NCBI GenBank assembly: GCA_001600815.1
Contig: BCKZ01000013.1
Location: 62,001 to 126,000 of the forward strand
Origin: Alloascoidea hylecoeti
Lineage: Eukaryota
Reading direction: 5' to 3'
DNA: 64,000 nt
The translations under genes were made by a program, and so were the position numbers. Below, in pieces: positions 50,671 to 63,461 of this stretch; the stretch's first letter is position 1, and each line of letters begins with the position of its first letter. The notes beneath the pieces are model-generated. The model was given only the letters and a program-made list of their open reading frames with translations. It ran no database searches and was not told the origin of the DNA.

Positions 50671-51638
50671 TAGTATTTAGTTCAGGCCCAATTAATCAGC
50701 TCACTTTATACCTTTCTAAAGTCTAAAACATAGAGTATCATCGTTAGATAGGGAGCTTTTATTGCTAGTTCTAATTCCAAATCAAACGATGATTCATGAT
50801 CAATTGCAATATGCACATGTTCGTAATATTACGATGTAATACCTGCATCATAACATAAAGGAGTCAAGTTTTATGACAAGCCAAACAGAAAAATCAGCAT
50901 TAGTGAAAAAGGTGGACAATAGGCAAGCAAAATGACCTTTCTCACATCTTCTGCTCGTAATATCCTCTCTTATCAAAACTTTAATATATATTCAGTTTTT
51001 AATTTTAAAATTCATTAACATGAAATTATATATTCTTATTATATTGGCTCAGAGACTCGCCGGATATGGTTCATTAAGTAGAAAAGATTGAAGATCTTTA
51101 GAACTTCACTCGGAGTCATTATAATTAAACCTTCTTCCTAGATCAATTGAAAATATATGAGTGTAAGTCTTGCAATTAATAAATTGGATACGTTCATGGA
51201 TATGAACATCAAAATATCTTTAAATTTGTAGAAAGTCAACTCAATTGCGGTGTAACTTTGCAAACTTGCAATTGTTGTTAATTATTTCAGCCGCAAGATC
51301 CCCTCTAAAATCGTAAAAATCCTAAAGCCGAACGAAGTCCGAAAGCTTTGGTTAGTTTGAGAAAGTTAAACATATTTAAACTCTAGATCTTTCTATAATC
51401 ATTATTATTATTATTAATATACCAACAATGTTATTAATTATAAGATAAATCAAACTTAAACATTGCAATTGGTTGCTAATATTTAGTCGAAAATCTGATG
51501 ATTACATCGATGATCATCATCAACCACGAATTAGGGGCTATTAATTTGATCTACAAGTAATACTCATGCTCAAGTTGGAATTGAGTTCCAAAGATGTTAT
51601 TCAAAACTACAGTTTTTCCTATGAATTTGATCGGATGA

Positions 51639-51798
51639 TTAGTCATGTGACCATTGGCAGCTAACAAATTTAATTAAACTTCTCGACCCTCCGTAATTAT
51701 TAATTCTAGAGAAATGACGTTTTTGTCTGATTAGTCAGGATCGGCCAATAGATCTAAGCTTCCATCGGTTTCCACAATCACGTGTATAGGGTATAAAA
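51639..51798 (+). promoter_or_regulatory. Thioredoxin promoter with two Yap1-type elements, CCAAT, CACGTG and TATA
   Basis: TTAGTCA (=TGACTAA) at 51639 and 51731; TATAAAA at ~51792. Confidence 0.6.
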
Positions 51799-51881
51799 AG
51801 AACCCAATATCCGGATCCACCATCTGCTTCCATCTCTAAAGTCTAATACTTCTATATTAATTACATTACATTAATTGCACA

Positions 51882-52190
51882 ATGGTCGATCTCGTTACTT
51901 CTGCTGCTGATTTCAAAACACAATCCGCTACTGGTCTTGTTGTTGTCGATTTCTTCGCTACATGGTGCGGTCCTTGCAAAATGATTGCCCCAGTTCTTGA
52001 CAAATTTTCCAAGGAATACACTCAAGTTAAATTCCTTAAGGTTGATGTTGATGAATTATCTGAAATTGCTGCTGATTTCTCCATCTCTTCTATGCCAACT
52101 CTTCTTTTCTTAAAGGATGGTGAGGTTGTTCAAAAAGTTGTCGGTGCTAACCCAAATGCCATTAAGGCTGCTATTCAAAAGTTGATATGA
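51882..52190 (+). CDS. TRX1: Cytosolic thioredoxin
   Basis: VVDFFATWCGPCKMIAP; 102 aa (TRX1 vs TRX2 cannot be distinguished). Confidence 0.95.
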   Translation: MVDLVTSAADFKTQSATGLVVVDFFATWCGPCKMIAPVLDKFSKEYTQVKFLKVDVDELSEIAADFSISSMPTLLFLKDGEVVQKVVGANPNAIKAAIQKLI

Positions 52191-53192
52191 CTAAATTCGC
52201 AAAAAATAAATTCTAAAACATCTTCAAAATTATAAGCTTGGATTGATTCATACGGGTAAGAAGATTTCGTAAAGGTTGATATCTATTCGTGCCTCTTAAC
52301 CTATACATGATGATCTCGTAATCTATTGACCTGATAAGTGGTGATTTATTATATACATTCTTTGTCATAACATTTTATAATAATAAAATAAAGTTTTTTG
52401 AGTTCTTTGTTGAATCTGTAGTTTTTTTAAAACTGATCTTTTTACGCTACTTTAGCGATACTGTATTGGATTGTCAATTTTATGTAGATCAAATCTTCTT
52501 GTAGGGTACGTACTACACTACTACTATCTGGATAATGAGAATTGAGAATATTCGACGTCGAAATCCACATCTGTTGATTTATAAGAAGTAAAGTGTTGAA
52601 TTATATTTACTAAAACGTCAGAAATATAAAGTTTATACACTCTCCAATGCCCATAGTCCATAATTCTGACGCCACTAATGTCACATATTTGTGGTCTATA
52701 TTTAATACTAGTTTGCCACAGAAGGTATGTTAGTGATTTAAGCTATAAAGAAATCTTCTCTTTATTTATATAGATGAGGGTTCAGGATCTATAGCTTCAA
52801 CAGTGCCAGTATGGCCATTGTCTTCATAACCCTATCCCTTGTCTTAAGCTTACTTCGCGTGTGCATCAGTCTAGATATCCAGATTTCCATGTACAACGAA
52901 GTCTATGGTATTTATTGTAACAAACATCAAAAAGTCTTGGGAAACCTAAATAATAACACACGTTGTTTCAGAATACGAACCATAGAAAAAGTAATATTGA
53001 TATATCTCTAGTCAGAAATTTAAATTCTAGCGCTCTAATTGTTTATTGTTTATGATCGGAAAATTCAGAGCCGATGATCATGAGGTTCAATTAAGAAGTT
53101 CTTCCTGAACCATTCGTATCCTTGATATAGGATGAATGCAATTCATGGTATGAAGAGTAAAAATATCTATTAACATCATTCATCTAAAATAT

Positions 53193-54261
53193 CTAATCAG
53201 AATAACCCAGTATATACATTATATCCCTTAATGATCCAGAATTTAGTCTTGATGGCGCTTGGGCTTGGACAGTAGGTTTTGCACAAAACGCTACACCGAA
53301 TCCTGCTTTAGCCATCATGGGAAGATCATTCGCACCATCTCCAACAGCAACAACCTATTTTTCAAAAAACAAACGTTAGTCTTCTCAATTTACTTTGAAT
53401 AACATAATAATGAAAGAATACTGATATCACTTACATTTTGTAAAGCAATGTTTTCTTGATTGGCAATTCTCTCCAATAGTTCTGCCTTTTTCTTTCCATC
53501 CACAATTTCACCTGTCACAGTTCCATTTAAGGTAGTTTCACCAGGTAGAACTTCAAGCTATCAAAATTCCAATTATTAGCATATGATATATATTCATGTT
53601 TCTTATCTTCCTTAATGATGATACTTACAGTATTTGCAAATGCATAGTCAAGATTAAGCTTCTCTTTAATAAAATTTGCCAAAGGAATAAATCCACCACT
53701 TAAAACAGCTAACTTCACACCATTTTCATGTAAGAAGGATGTTAATTCTACTGCACCTTTTGTAATTCTTAATTTTGGTTTTAATTCTTCAAAGATATTA
53801 GATTTGATTCCTTTTAAAAGAGCAACACGTCGTTTTAAAGATTCTGTAAAATCAATTTCGCCATTCATAGCAAGAGATGTGATTTTAGCTACTTCTGGTT
53901 CAACATTAGCATAAGCTGCAATCATTTCTATAACTTCTTGTTCAATTAATGTTGAATCCATATCAAAAACAAATAATTTCTTATTTGATCTCGTTTCCTT
54001 TTTTTGAAATACAATATCTATTTTTTCATCTGTTGAAAATTCGAACAATGCTTTTTTAACAATTAAAACATTTTCATCTATATTATTAGAACTTGTGTTT
54101 CCTTCTTCAATAACAATTGAATAGTCATAAACCCGTTCATGACTTAACTCTTTAATATCAATGATTTTAACTTTTAAAGATTCGAGTAAAGTTTCAAATT
54201 TTGATTTTAACACACTTTCCAATGATTCACCCCATGGAATAACTGTCGCAACAAAACTCAT
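53193..54261 (-). CDS. SER2: Phosphoserine phosphatase; exons 54261-53629, 53557-53435, 53354-53193
   Basis: FDMDSTLI, AMNGEIDF, LSGGF, then spliced LEV...GEIVDGKKKAELL and VAVGDGANDL...AKP.V...YILGYSD; two GTAAGT..TAG introns. Confidence 0.93.
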
Positions 54262-54789
54262 ATTTTTGAAAAATATAGAAACCAATCAAAAAAGGATTAA
54301 ATTTCAAAAAGAAGATCTTTTTGTCCAATATTCAATAATTCTCAAGATCCGGGTAAATGCTGCATGGGGGAAAAATTTAAAAACGTTTTTCTGAATTACA
54401 TTTGTATCATTTTTGACTAATCAAGGTATTTCGCCAGCTGTGACTATATATTATTCGTGCATTAGAAGCTTAAAGTTCACACAATAATTGGTTTATTGTT
54501 AGCAGAAGAAGGTTGAAACACAAACACAAAACTATTCCTAAAATGACCACAAATAAACAGATTAAAATTGACTATCGACACCCTTTCAAACACAGCGAAC
54601 TAACCTTACTGTCTATTAATCCATTGGTATTCTGGGGCTTTATCACCTATTATGTTCATGAGCATATTAGTCAATAGTGTAATAATATAATCACATGATG
54701 AATCCTTATGTAATTGTACAAGTGTACGGATGTTTAGAGAATAAGATTTTTCTTCTTCAGTGTATTTCGATTATTCTTCAATTTATAAG

Positions 54790-56607
54790 ATGATCGAGGA
54801 GGAGGATATTGTAGCTTTACGAAAATGGCTTGTTTCTAAGCTTGAGCCTTTATCAGATGCAGACCCAGACATTTTAGCTGATTATGTCTTAGCTTTGTTG
54901 AAACATGAGCTTCCTGATGATGAGCTTGTAACAATGTGTACAGAACAATTGTCAGATTTTTTACCTGATAACAGTAGCTCTTTTGTTCATGAATTGATAA
55001 AAACAATAAATACTCGATCATTTGTTGGAGCGGTTGATCAAGCTCCTGCTCAATCACTTCAATCAACAATGGTTGCTGAGCCTGATGCTATGGAAAATGT
55101 CGCGATTGTCGACAACACAAATGAACAAGATAAAAATTATGGAAGCTACCAACAACAATATCAAAGAGAGGGAAACAATAACTATGGGAATGGGAATAGG
55201 GGAAATTTTAGAGGAAGATATCAGAATCGAAGAGATGGTGGTTTTAACAATCATAACAACTTCAGACAATTCAACAACAATAATAATCGCAATAATAATC
55301 AATTTCAACAGCCTTTCAATAATAATGGGTTTGAGCTCAATGGGTTTAACGGTTTCCCTCCTGTAGGTTCGCTGCCTATGCCCAATAACCAAGGCTTTAT
55401 AGCTCCTCCAGATGGATATAATCCTTCAGATGCTATGATATTTAATAACAATAACGGTAATAACTTTAATAATGGCAATAATAATAACAAGTTTAGGGGT
55501 AACAATTACAATAGAGGAGGTGGACGATTTAACCCACGGAATAACAATAACAACAACAATCACAACAACAATAATAATAATAATAATAAATTTTCTGACC
55601 TTTCAACTACTCATCGTGATTCTTCAAATACTGCATTAGTTGTTGAAAAATTACCTGAAGATAAGTTGAGTGAAGAAAAACTTAGAGAATACTTTGGGGA
55701 ATTTGGTAATATATTATCTTTACAGATTCATGGAGATTTAAGGTTAGCAGAGATTGAGTTTGAAAATCATCAACAAGCTAATAATGCTTGGTCATCTCCA
55801 ACTCCTATCTTTAATAATCGATTCATTAAAGTTTATTGGAGAAAACAAGATCCAACAAAGCATAGAAATAGATATATTCAACAGGAAGAAGAAGAGGTGG
55901 AAAAACCTTTGGATATTGAAGAAGCTAGACGAATCCAGGCTGAAAAGCAAAAAGAATTTGAAGAAAAAAATGCAAAAAGAAAAATTGCTGAAGAAAAATT
56001 GAAGGAAATTAAAAAGAAAAGAGATGAAATTCTTCAAAAACATGAAGAAGAAAAAAGATTATTAGAAGCTAAAATCAATGCTGCCAAACAAGAAGAAAGT
56101 GATCAAGCTCCTGAGAAGAAAGCTGTAACAGAAGCTCTTCAGAAGCAATTGGATACGTTGAAATCAGAAGCTCAAAGACTTGGTATTTCATCTGGTCGGG
56201 ATAGTTATGGTAGTTATTCATATAATACTACTCGTGGCAGGGGACGCGGTATGTATAGAGGAAGAGGTCGTGGCTATAACCCATATGGAGGTTATAGGGG
56301 TAGAGGTGGATTCAGACAAGCTTTGTCTACTTATAATTTAGATTTGAGACCTAAAAAAGTTAGTGTTGGACCAGTTGATGATAAAGGAGAGGAAGCACTC
56401 AAAGGTTATCTCATTTCTAGAGGAGAATTTGAAGGTGTTGAGAGAGATTCCACAAATCCTCAATTGGTTATAGTCTCCTTTAAGGACAGACCGGCTGCTG
56501 AGCAATTTTACAATAATGAAGTTTTACCTTTGGAAGGTGATGTTAGAAAGGCTTGGTATGCTAATACTGAATCTAGTAATGTGGATACTGTTATGGGTGA
56601 TTCATGA
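54790..56607 (+). CDS. PWI + RRM RNA-binding protein, RBM26/27 (Rmn1)-like
   Basis: MIEEEDIVALRKWL..LEPLSDADPDILADYVLALLKH (PWI), RRM ending IFNNRFIKVYW, coiled coil, RGG, LDLRP plus a second RRM-like region. Confidence 0.85.
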   Translation: MIEEEDIVALRKWLVSKLEPLSDADPDILADYVLALLKHELPDDELVTMCTEQLSDFLPDNSSSFVHELIKTINTRSFVGAVDQAPAQSLQSTMVAEPDAMENVAIVDNTNEQDKNYGSYQQQYQREGNNNYGNGNRGNFRGRYQNRRDGGFNNHNNFRQFNNNNNRNNNQFQQPFNNNGFELNGFNGFPPVGSLPMPNNQGFIAPPDGYNPSDAMIFNNNNGNNFNNGNNNNKFRGNNYNRGGGRFNPRNNNNNNNHNNNNNNNNKFSDLSTTHRDSSNTALVVEKLPEDKLSEEKLREYFGEFGNILSLQIHGDLRLAEIEFENHQQANNAWSSPTPIFNNRFIKVYWRKQDPTKHRNRYIQQEEEEVEKPLDIEEARRIQAEKQKEFEEKNAKRKIAEEKLKEIKKKRDEILQKHEEEKRLLEAKINAAKQEESDQAPEKKAVTEALQKQLDTLKSEAQRLGISSGRDSYGSYSYNTTRGRGRGMYRGRGRGYNPYGGYRGRGGFRQALSTYNLDLRPKKVSVGPVDDKGEEALKGYLISRGEFEGVERDSTNPQLVIVSFKDRPAAEQFYNNEVLPLEGDVRKAWYANTESSNVDTVMGDS

Positions 56608-57212
56608 TTCTGAAAGGTAATAAGTTTCCTGCAACAAAAATAAAAACCTCTACGATGTATGTTTGGTAATATTTATATTATCGATTAGTTGCTTAAATTT
56701 GTACATTATATAAATTCTATTTTTTAAAAAAACAAGAAAAGAAAAAGAAAAAGAAAATATTGTATTAAGAAAAATATATACAATTATGATTAAAAAAAGA
56801 GAGAATAATAATAAAAAAAAGAACATTACGTATACTATTATTTTCAATTAGTATCTCATGAGCATTGTAAATTATAAATAATGAAATTGACAATTACATT
56901 TATTCAGTAGGGTAAAAATTAATTAACTTTTAAACTTATTGTAGAGAATTCAATTCGCGTTTGAATATTAACGAAATTACTATGGCCTAGATATATTCAT
57001 TCGAGTATATTCATAAACATGCTGAAAGATATAAATATAAGTGTAGAAGTTCAATTGACATCTTTATTTACATTTTGGAACGCAAATGGTCACCTGTGAT
57101 ATCTTGAGCTTCGCTGTCAGAATCAACCCCAACCTCTGTTTTGGTAACGGCCAAGGGCAAATAAAACTTATTCTTATCCCACTTTTCTCTCTTTTAGTGT
57201 GTGTTGTGCGTA

Positions 57213-58954
57213 TCATACGCTTCTATTTGTGTATGTGTTCCTTGATTTGTAGATCGTAGATAAACTAGTTTCAACTTTTTTAATTCCTGTTACAAGTTCC
57301 ATTTCTTCCATTCTATAATCTAGACAAATCTTTTCCATCAAACATGCAGTTAATTCATTACTTTTAAGCTCTTCAAATATATCTTCTGAATTTAATACGG
57401 TGACCGGTATTGGATGTCTTTGAATATTTTCAGTTGTTATTGTCTTCTGTAATTCTTTAAACGATTCAAAAGTTTGTTTCTTCTCATTGGAAACCTCAAT
57501 ACTCTCATCTAATTTAAACAATTCAAATAATCTTTCCTTTCTTAAAGATTTCGATTTTGAAGATGATGGTAATTCATTTGATTTTGGAATCATTAATTTT
57601 TGAAACCATGCCATATATGCTTTAATAATACTTTGATCCCATGTAATAACATCTTTAAATGATGCATTGAGAAACTTATCTTCTTTTGACTGACCCTTAT
57701 CAATGAGGGACTTCCATACTTTTATATCCACATTATAAGTGTCATTATAATGTAACCAAAGCCATAAACAATAGAAAGTGGATGCTATTACTTGTACCTC
57801 TGGCCAATCATCTCTTTTAAATGAATTTCTTTTTGGTATTTCCATAATAGGTTTTAATTTCATATTATTATCATCCATTGCAACGAGATTCCTAACAGCG
57901 ATATAAACTTCTGGAGGAAATAAATAATCTCGAATTATTTTAAAAACCAATGGACGCCAATTAAACCGTGGGAATTCCCAAATAATATTCTGTTCAAGAT
58001 TATTAATGTTGTTATTAACCGCTATTTGTAATGATACATAAACCACCCGGGATTCTAAAAAGAAATTATTAAATGAAGGTATTTTTAAAGCATGTAAAGA
58101 ACGCATATGAAAATTAGCAAGATGAGATGATAAATCTTCAGGTAAATAATTTGATGCTTTTAAATAAGGCAATTTCCCTGATTTTATCCAAGATATTAAA
58201 TCACAATAATAAATAGGAACACTTAATAATAAACATGATAAATAAATTATTATTATTGAATCTTTAAAAGAAGAAACTTTCCCACTAGGACAATTTGCAC
58301 CATCATTCAAAGGTAGTGTTTTTAAATCTACCGTTGTTGGTTTATTCTTTCTTTTTTTAGAACTTGTTGAAGTTTGAGTGGCAGAATCAATATCAGATAC
58401 ATCAAAATCCATTTCATAATCTGTTCCATTATCTGTTGTTGCATCTGCGTCACTTTCATTACCATCGAAATACTCAGTAAATTGGTTAAAATTTAATTCA
58501 TCAAGCGAACTTAAATAAATAAGCCATGTTTGCTTCACCATTCCCTATTACGGAGATTAATATACAACAAGATAACAGGAAAAATGAAAAAAAGAAACAA
58601 ATGAGAAATACTTACCATTAAATCAACTTTTACATCTGCTTCCTTTATAACAAACTCCACTTGTATCTTTAATAAATATTGAAAGCTCTGATACCAATAC
58701 TTTAAAGCCTCTTGTCCATATGCTCTTTTACTTTTCTTATGAGCAGGACTATGTTTAACCCGAGATACCATGGTCTTTCGTCTTGTACCACGGCCCCCTG
58801 TCCCCTCGTATTCATCATCATCAATCTGTATGTCTCCACGAACATGACCATTTTCACAAAAACGTTGACCATTTAAAACTCTATATCGATTGGATTCACA
58901 ATTATCAATACCACAAGCTCGGCCTCTGGTCCAGGTAGCTCCGTTGCTACTCAT
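57213..58954 (-). CDS. RRN7: RNA polymerase I core factor subunit Rrn7/TAF1B; exons 58954-58616 and 58544-57213
   Basis: N-terminal Zn ribbon CGIDNC...CENGH; a GTAAGT..TAG intron joins the two ORFs in frame; YLSCLLL..P....DL..WI..G.LPY motif. Confidence 0.88.
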
Positions 58955-59424
58955 ATTGTTGTTTTAATGTGTAATGGTTGAAAGCTCATATATCGATATA
59001 ATGCTAATTTTTGATGGTTTAAGAAGGTTTTGAAATATTAGAGACCCGATGTTCACAAGTAGCGGGTATTGTTATGTAAGCATTTATAATGAAAAATGGC
59101 AATCCGGGTAATACAGAGTAGCTGACACACTCAAAAGCAAACAATAAGTATTTACCAAAGTAACCACCACAAATAAATATGAATTAATTAGATACTCTAT
59201 GTATAAACTATTTATCCTAATCTATTCTCCTGTTGATTTTTTACATAAGGTCCTAATAGGTATACGTGCAGTCATGTTAATGGATTCACTTTTGAATCCC
59301 GAGCTCTAAAGAAAGAGAAGTTCTAGTTTATAGAGATATATAAATCTAAATTATAATTGATTAGTTTGGCTTTAGATTTTCACGCGTACATTAATGAGAA
59401 GGCAGAAACTTATCGATATATGGG

Positions 59425-59525
59425 TGGTCGAACATCACATGATGTGGTCGTTAATTTATAGTCAGCGTGACCGAACATTTAGTTTATTAATTGGACGAAC
59501 ATTAGTGAATCAGATGGCCGAATTT
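59425..59525. repeat. Array of five TGRNCG(AACAT) motifs at 20-24 bp spacing
   Basis: tggtcgaacat 59425, tggtcgttaat 59445, tgaccgaacat 59468, tggacgaacat 59492, tggccgaattt 59515. Confidence 0.55.
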
Positions 59526-59932
59526 AAGTGAAATGGGATTGCATGCTACCCGGATTGTCAGTATCTGGCGTGTGCCGTTATTCAACCAAATTTGCAATTA
59601 ACCTTGAGCTTTAAAATCTCTGGCTGAATATAATTAATGCTCATACTTGTTTCAACAAATTCACACGAATTCATATAAAGAAGCAATGAGATTGATCTAC
59701 TCCCCTAATATCGCTGCTTCAGATTATAATTATATTATTAGCAAGCTCTGGAATTTAATTGGTAAGCATAATGCAAGTTCATATAGTGTCATAACTTATA
59801 ATGTTATTATCATCATCAGTTAATCCATACAAGATAATATTACAACAGTCAAATATATATAGAAGACACACTTTCGCTTTAAATCTTCTTTTAAAATCCA
59901 TCTTCGATTAAAATATTTATCAATATTAAAAA

Positions 59933-61039
59933 AGGTCAATTCCATCACAACAAATAGCCGCCGTTACAGGAACAGATTCCCTCATCATCAAGGAAGTTCT
60001 AGTTCCTTCCATTAAACCAAATGAAATTCTTGTTAAATCGAAGCAACTGCGATTAACCCTACAGACTGAAAACATCTCTTTTTTGGCTTAACTGGACCTG
60101 GTGCCATCGTAGGTTGTGATCTAGCTGGTGTTGTAGTTAAACTTGGTTCTGATGTTACCAATATCTCTGTTGGTGATACTGGAATTGGTTTCATACATGG
60201 TTCGAATAAAGCTGGGCCACATACTGTGTCTTCTTCACAATATGCTGCTGCTAACTCTCACCTATTCTTTAAATTGAATAGTTTGAAGAAATCGGAATCT
60301 GATAATATTCCAAGGGGTATTCCAACTACTTTTGGGGGCGCTTCTTCATTAGGTGTTTCTTTAGTAACTATTATTATTAGTCTACTTCATAATTTGGGAG
60401 GATCGTTTGGATTAAATAAGACTAAACCTGAAAAATCAGAGAAATATTTACTCGTTTGGGGTGGTGCTTCTTCAACAGGACAGATTGCAATTCAATTTGG
60501 TAAACTTATTGGATGAAAAGTTATTGCAACAGCCTCTAAGAAGAACGAGACTGAGTTAAAAGAATTAGGAGCCGATTTTATTGTTGATTATCATGATTCC
60601 GATGTTGTTGATCAGATTAAAGCTATTGGCGGGGAAAATATAGTCTATGCATTAGATACAGTTTCATTACCAAACACTATTCAAGCAACTCATGATTCTG
60701 TTTCTTCAACCAAACCTGTTATTCTTGATAATTTATTAGGAATTAAATCTGACGACATTAAAAACCTTAAATCAAATGTTAAGGTTACTCAAAGCTTAGC
60801 ATATTTTTGAACCTTTTTATTTTATTGGACCTGATGAGATTGCTAACCCAGAAATTTCTGAATTTGTTAAGGGAGTTCAGCTAGTTGTTGCTGAGGCTAT
60901 TAATAAAGGATTAATTAAACATATTCCTATTAAGGTTCTTCCAAATGGATTGAATTCAATCAATGAAGGGTATTTATTATCTTTGGATAATAAAGTTTCT
61001 GATGAAAAATTGGTTATTAGACCTTTTGACACAAAATGA
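59933..61039 (+). pseudogene. Medium-chain dehydrogenase/enoyl-reductase (YNL134C/ToxD-like) pseudogene
   Basis: AINPTD*KH, VGCDLAG.V...GSDV, LVWGGASSTGQ.AIQ, G*KVIATAS, VSDEKLVI; start appears as AGG; frameshifts near 60040 and 60810; TGA at 60067 and 60514. Confidence 0.88.
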
Positions 61040-61299
61040 TAAATACATAACATATGCTGCGTATATATACTTCGCTCTATATAGGCACATAGTACAATAA
61101 AAATTATATTTGAGTGATCGGTTAATGCTAAAACTGTCCTTAACAGGCCTTTATAATTATTTACAAATAGATCATAATGACAGTGAAATGATTCCATATT
61201 GGTTAAGCAAAATCCAATTGATATATAATAGCATAACTTTTAATCATAACTAGATCCAGAACAATTACTATTTAATTTATGAGAGTAGACCCATTGTTT

Positions 61300-61740
61300 C
61301 CTAACGCTTTATCGTTTCTACAAACATTGCAAGAAGTAGTCTCGAGCCCAATGTGTCAATCAGACAGATTTCAAGAAGTGCCGCATTGACCCGTTTAACT
61401 CTTGTAGATCCAATAAATAGTGGAAAATCCATATCAACAGTTTAAGAGGTATACCAATTTTTTTTACAAACGCTGAATAGAATTGGCTAATCAATGTGAT
61501 ACTTTGTTTAGGGAAATCGAGGTGGCAGCCGACAAAAATTCTCTTTTGTTTCCTAGATAAGTTGATCCGATCGCGAAGATATTCAAGACATGATGAGCAC
61601 CTATATCTAGTGCAAGCTTTTCAATAGTATTATCCAACTTTTCTTCGTGTTTATCAATCTGTGTAGCGTCTTTTCTTGGCTTCTCTGCATTTGTTACTTT
61701 GGTAGTAGTCTGATATGTTTCTTGCGAATCTTTCATTGGC
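61300..61740 (-). pseudogene. Possible decayed ORF, unidentified
   Basis: 81-aa ORF followed by another open stretch in a shifted frame (TVDMDFPLFIGSTRVKRVNAALLEICLID); composition looks coding. Confidence 0.25.
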
Positions 61741-62568
61741 TTTTTGGCGTAACTAGGAGAAATAGGAATATAGAACTTAATTATTTATTCTTGGCACTAT
61801 CTCTGTTCTGAGCCCAGCAATTGTTTCTTTGTATTTATTTATTCCTATAGTAAAAGCCCAAAGAGTATCAATTACAGTCTTTCCACCTATTAATAGCGCT
61901 ATTTTCGATAATAATTAGCTTTACGTCTGGGAATTAATTAGCCTAATATATTTGGAAATTAATTGAAATAAAGTTTGGTAATTAATTAGCGATTTTACAG
62001 ATTATTACCAAGGAGAATTTGGTATGAATTGGTCATAGGTTGGCGTTATGTACAAAAATTAATTGGTGCTATTTTAAAAGATTATTTCACAGTTGGATTA
62101 AATTCTTAATTAGCCATATATTCAAGATTAAATTAGTAATCCGTGTTGTAAAAAATGATTAGTAATTTTGATCAAAGTCATTCAATTATGAAAATTATTC
62201 AGCGTTAAGTGGTCGATATTTACCTACAGTAATTTCACTTAATATAGGACACTTGGAGGACTAATTATTCGGACGTGTGATCATTAAATAATCAGATGCA
62301 ACTGAAACAATAACTCGGAATAACAAACATTGGCATCTAGAGTAGATCAATTATACCTATATACTTGATATGATAGAATTCTTTATTTAGCACCAAACAA
62401 ATAACAAACATTTGCATTTTTAGATCCATATCACTAATTTGTATTCTTTAAACAACACAACCCCACCATAACCCATCCTCATCTGTAACACCTAAAAGAT
62501 TATATTATCATCTAAAATAAAATTGATAAAATATGATATTCAATTACAAATAATAAATTATTTTAGCC

Positions 62569-62710
62569 TCATCTCAGACCATTCAAGTCAGCAATATCAT
62601 TTTCCTTTCCAACTTTTAATTGTTCTTCTATTTCTTTACTTGAAATTTTTTTAAGTTGTGGTTTACTACTGGAGAAACCGAAATCTATAAAGTAAATAGT
62701 TCCATCAGAA
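62569..62710 (-). pseudogene. Duplicated kinase C-terminal piece with intact DFG and the probable native stop
   Basis: SDGTIYFIDFGFSSSKPQLKKI...DIADLNGLR*; 62584-62710 is a direct repeat of 63462-63583, which has a 5-bp deletion in DFGF. Confidence 0.8.
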
Positions 62711-62731
62711 ATTTCAGATTCTAATCACACC

Positions 62732-63461
62732 ATGTCATATCAAATAGATACTGATATAAATAAAGATATTAAAGTTGAAGATTTTCCAATAAGAATTGAT
62801 AATAAAAACAAATGTTTTAAAATATCACCCAATCAAATATGTGATTTTGAATAATCAGCGTTTGCTTTTGCATTTTATTTTATTTATCAGAAAATCTATC
62901 AAATTCTTTGAAACACATTCAAAAAAAAAAGGTGAATAACGCCGTTAAAAATCTTTTAAATTGTTTACGCAAAACTCCGAGCGAGATTAATTTGGATGCA
63001 GAAAAACCGAGATCTGAATTAAAACAATTACTACGAAAAGAATTCGGCGAAAAAGAAGTTAAGTTTACTCACTCGTATGGATTTATATTTAAACAAATAT
63101 GTTTTAACAGAATCGGAGCTTAACGGCATGTGTATTCAATATGCATGGAACCGAAAATATCATAGTCAAGTAATGAAATTGTCGAAGGAATTATTTGAAA
63201 AAATAAACAGAAATCAAAATGTACAAATACCAATGGAAAATGAAAATGAATATATGTTAAAAATCTACGATCCTTTTTGTGCTTTTAAGGGCTATCGACG
63301 TTCTAATCAGATGCCCAAAAAATGTTTTCAACATTTTGCAACTGAAAATATCAAACATATTGTCTAATAAAAGATTATAAAAGGTCTATACATTTTATTC
63401 CAAACTTAATTTGTTTTGGATTCATTGAATTCAAATCTGATTCTGGTGCACAAGAAAACGA
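62732..63461 (+). pseudogene. Inverted copy of the N-terminal and N-lobe part of the same kinase gene
   Basis: Broken ORFs 62732-63367; 63190-63461 is the reverse complement of 63729-64000. Confidence 0.75.

Noticed and set aside
59425..59525. CRISPR-like repeat-spacer pattern
   Set aside because: Eukaryotic DNA; repeats are short and degenerate; no cas genes
60067..60516. TGA=Trp recoding or mitochondrial origin
   Set aside because: The gene also has frameshifts, a lost start and a TGG codon; TGA ends normal genes here such as thioredoxin
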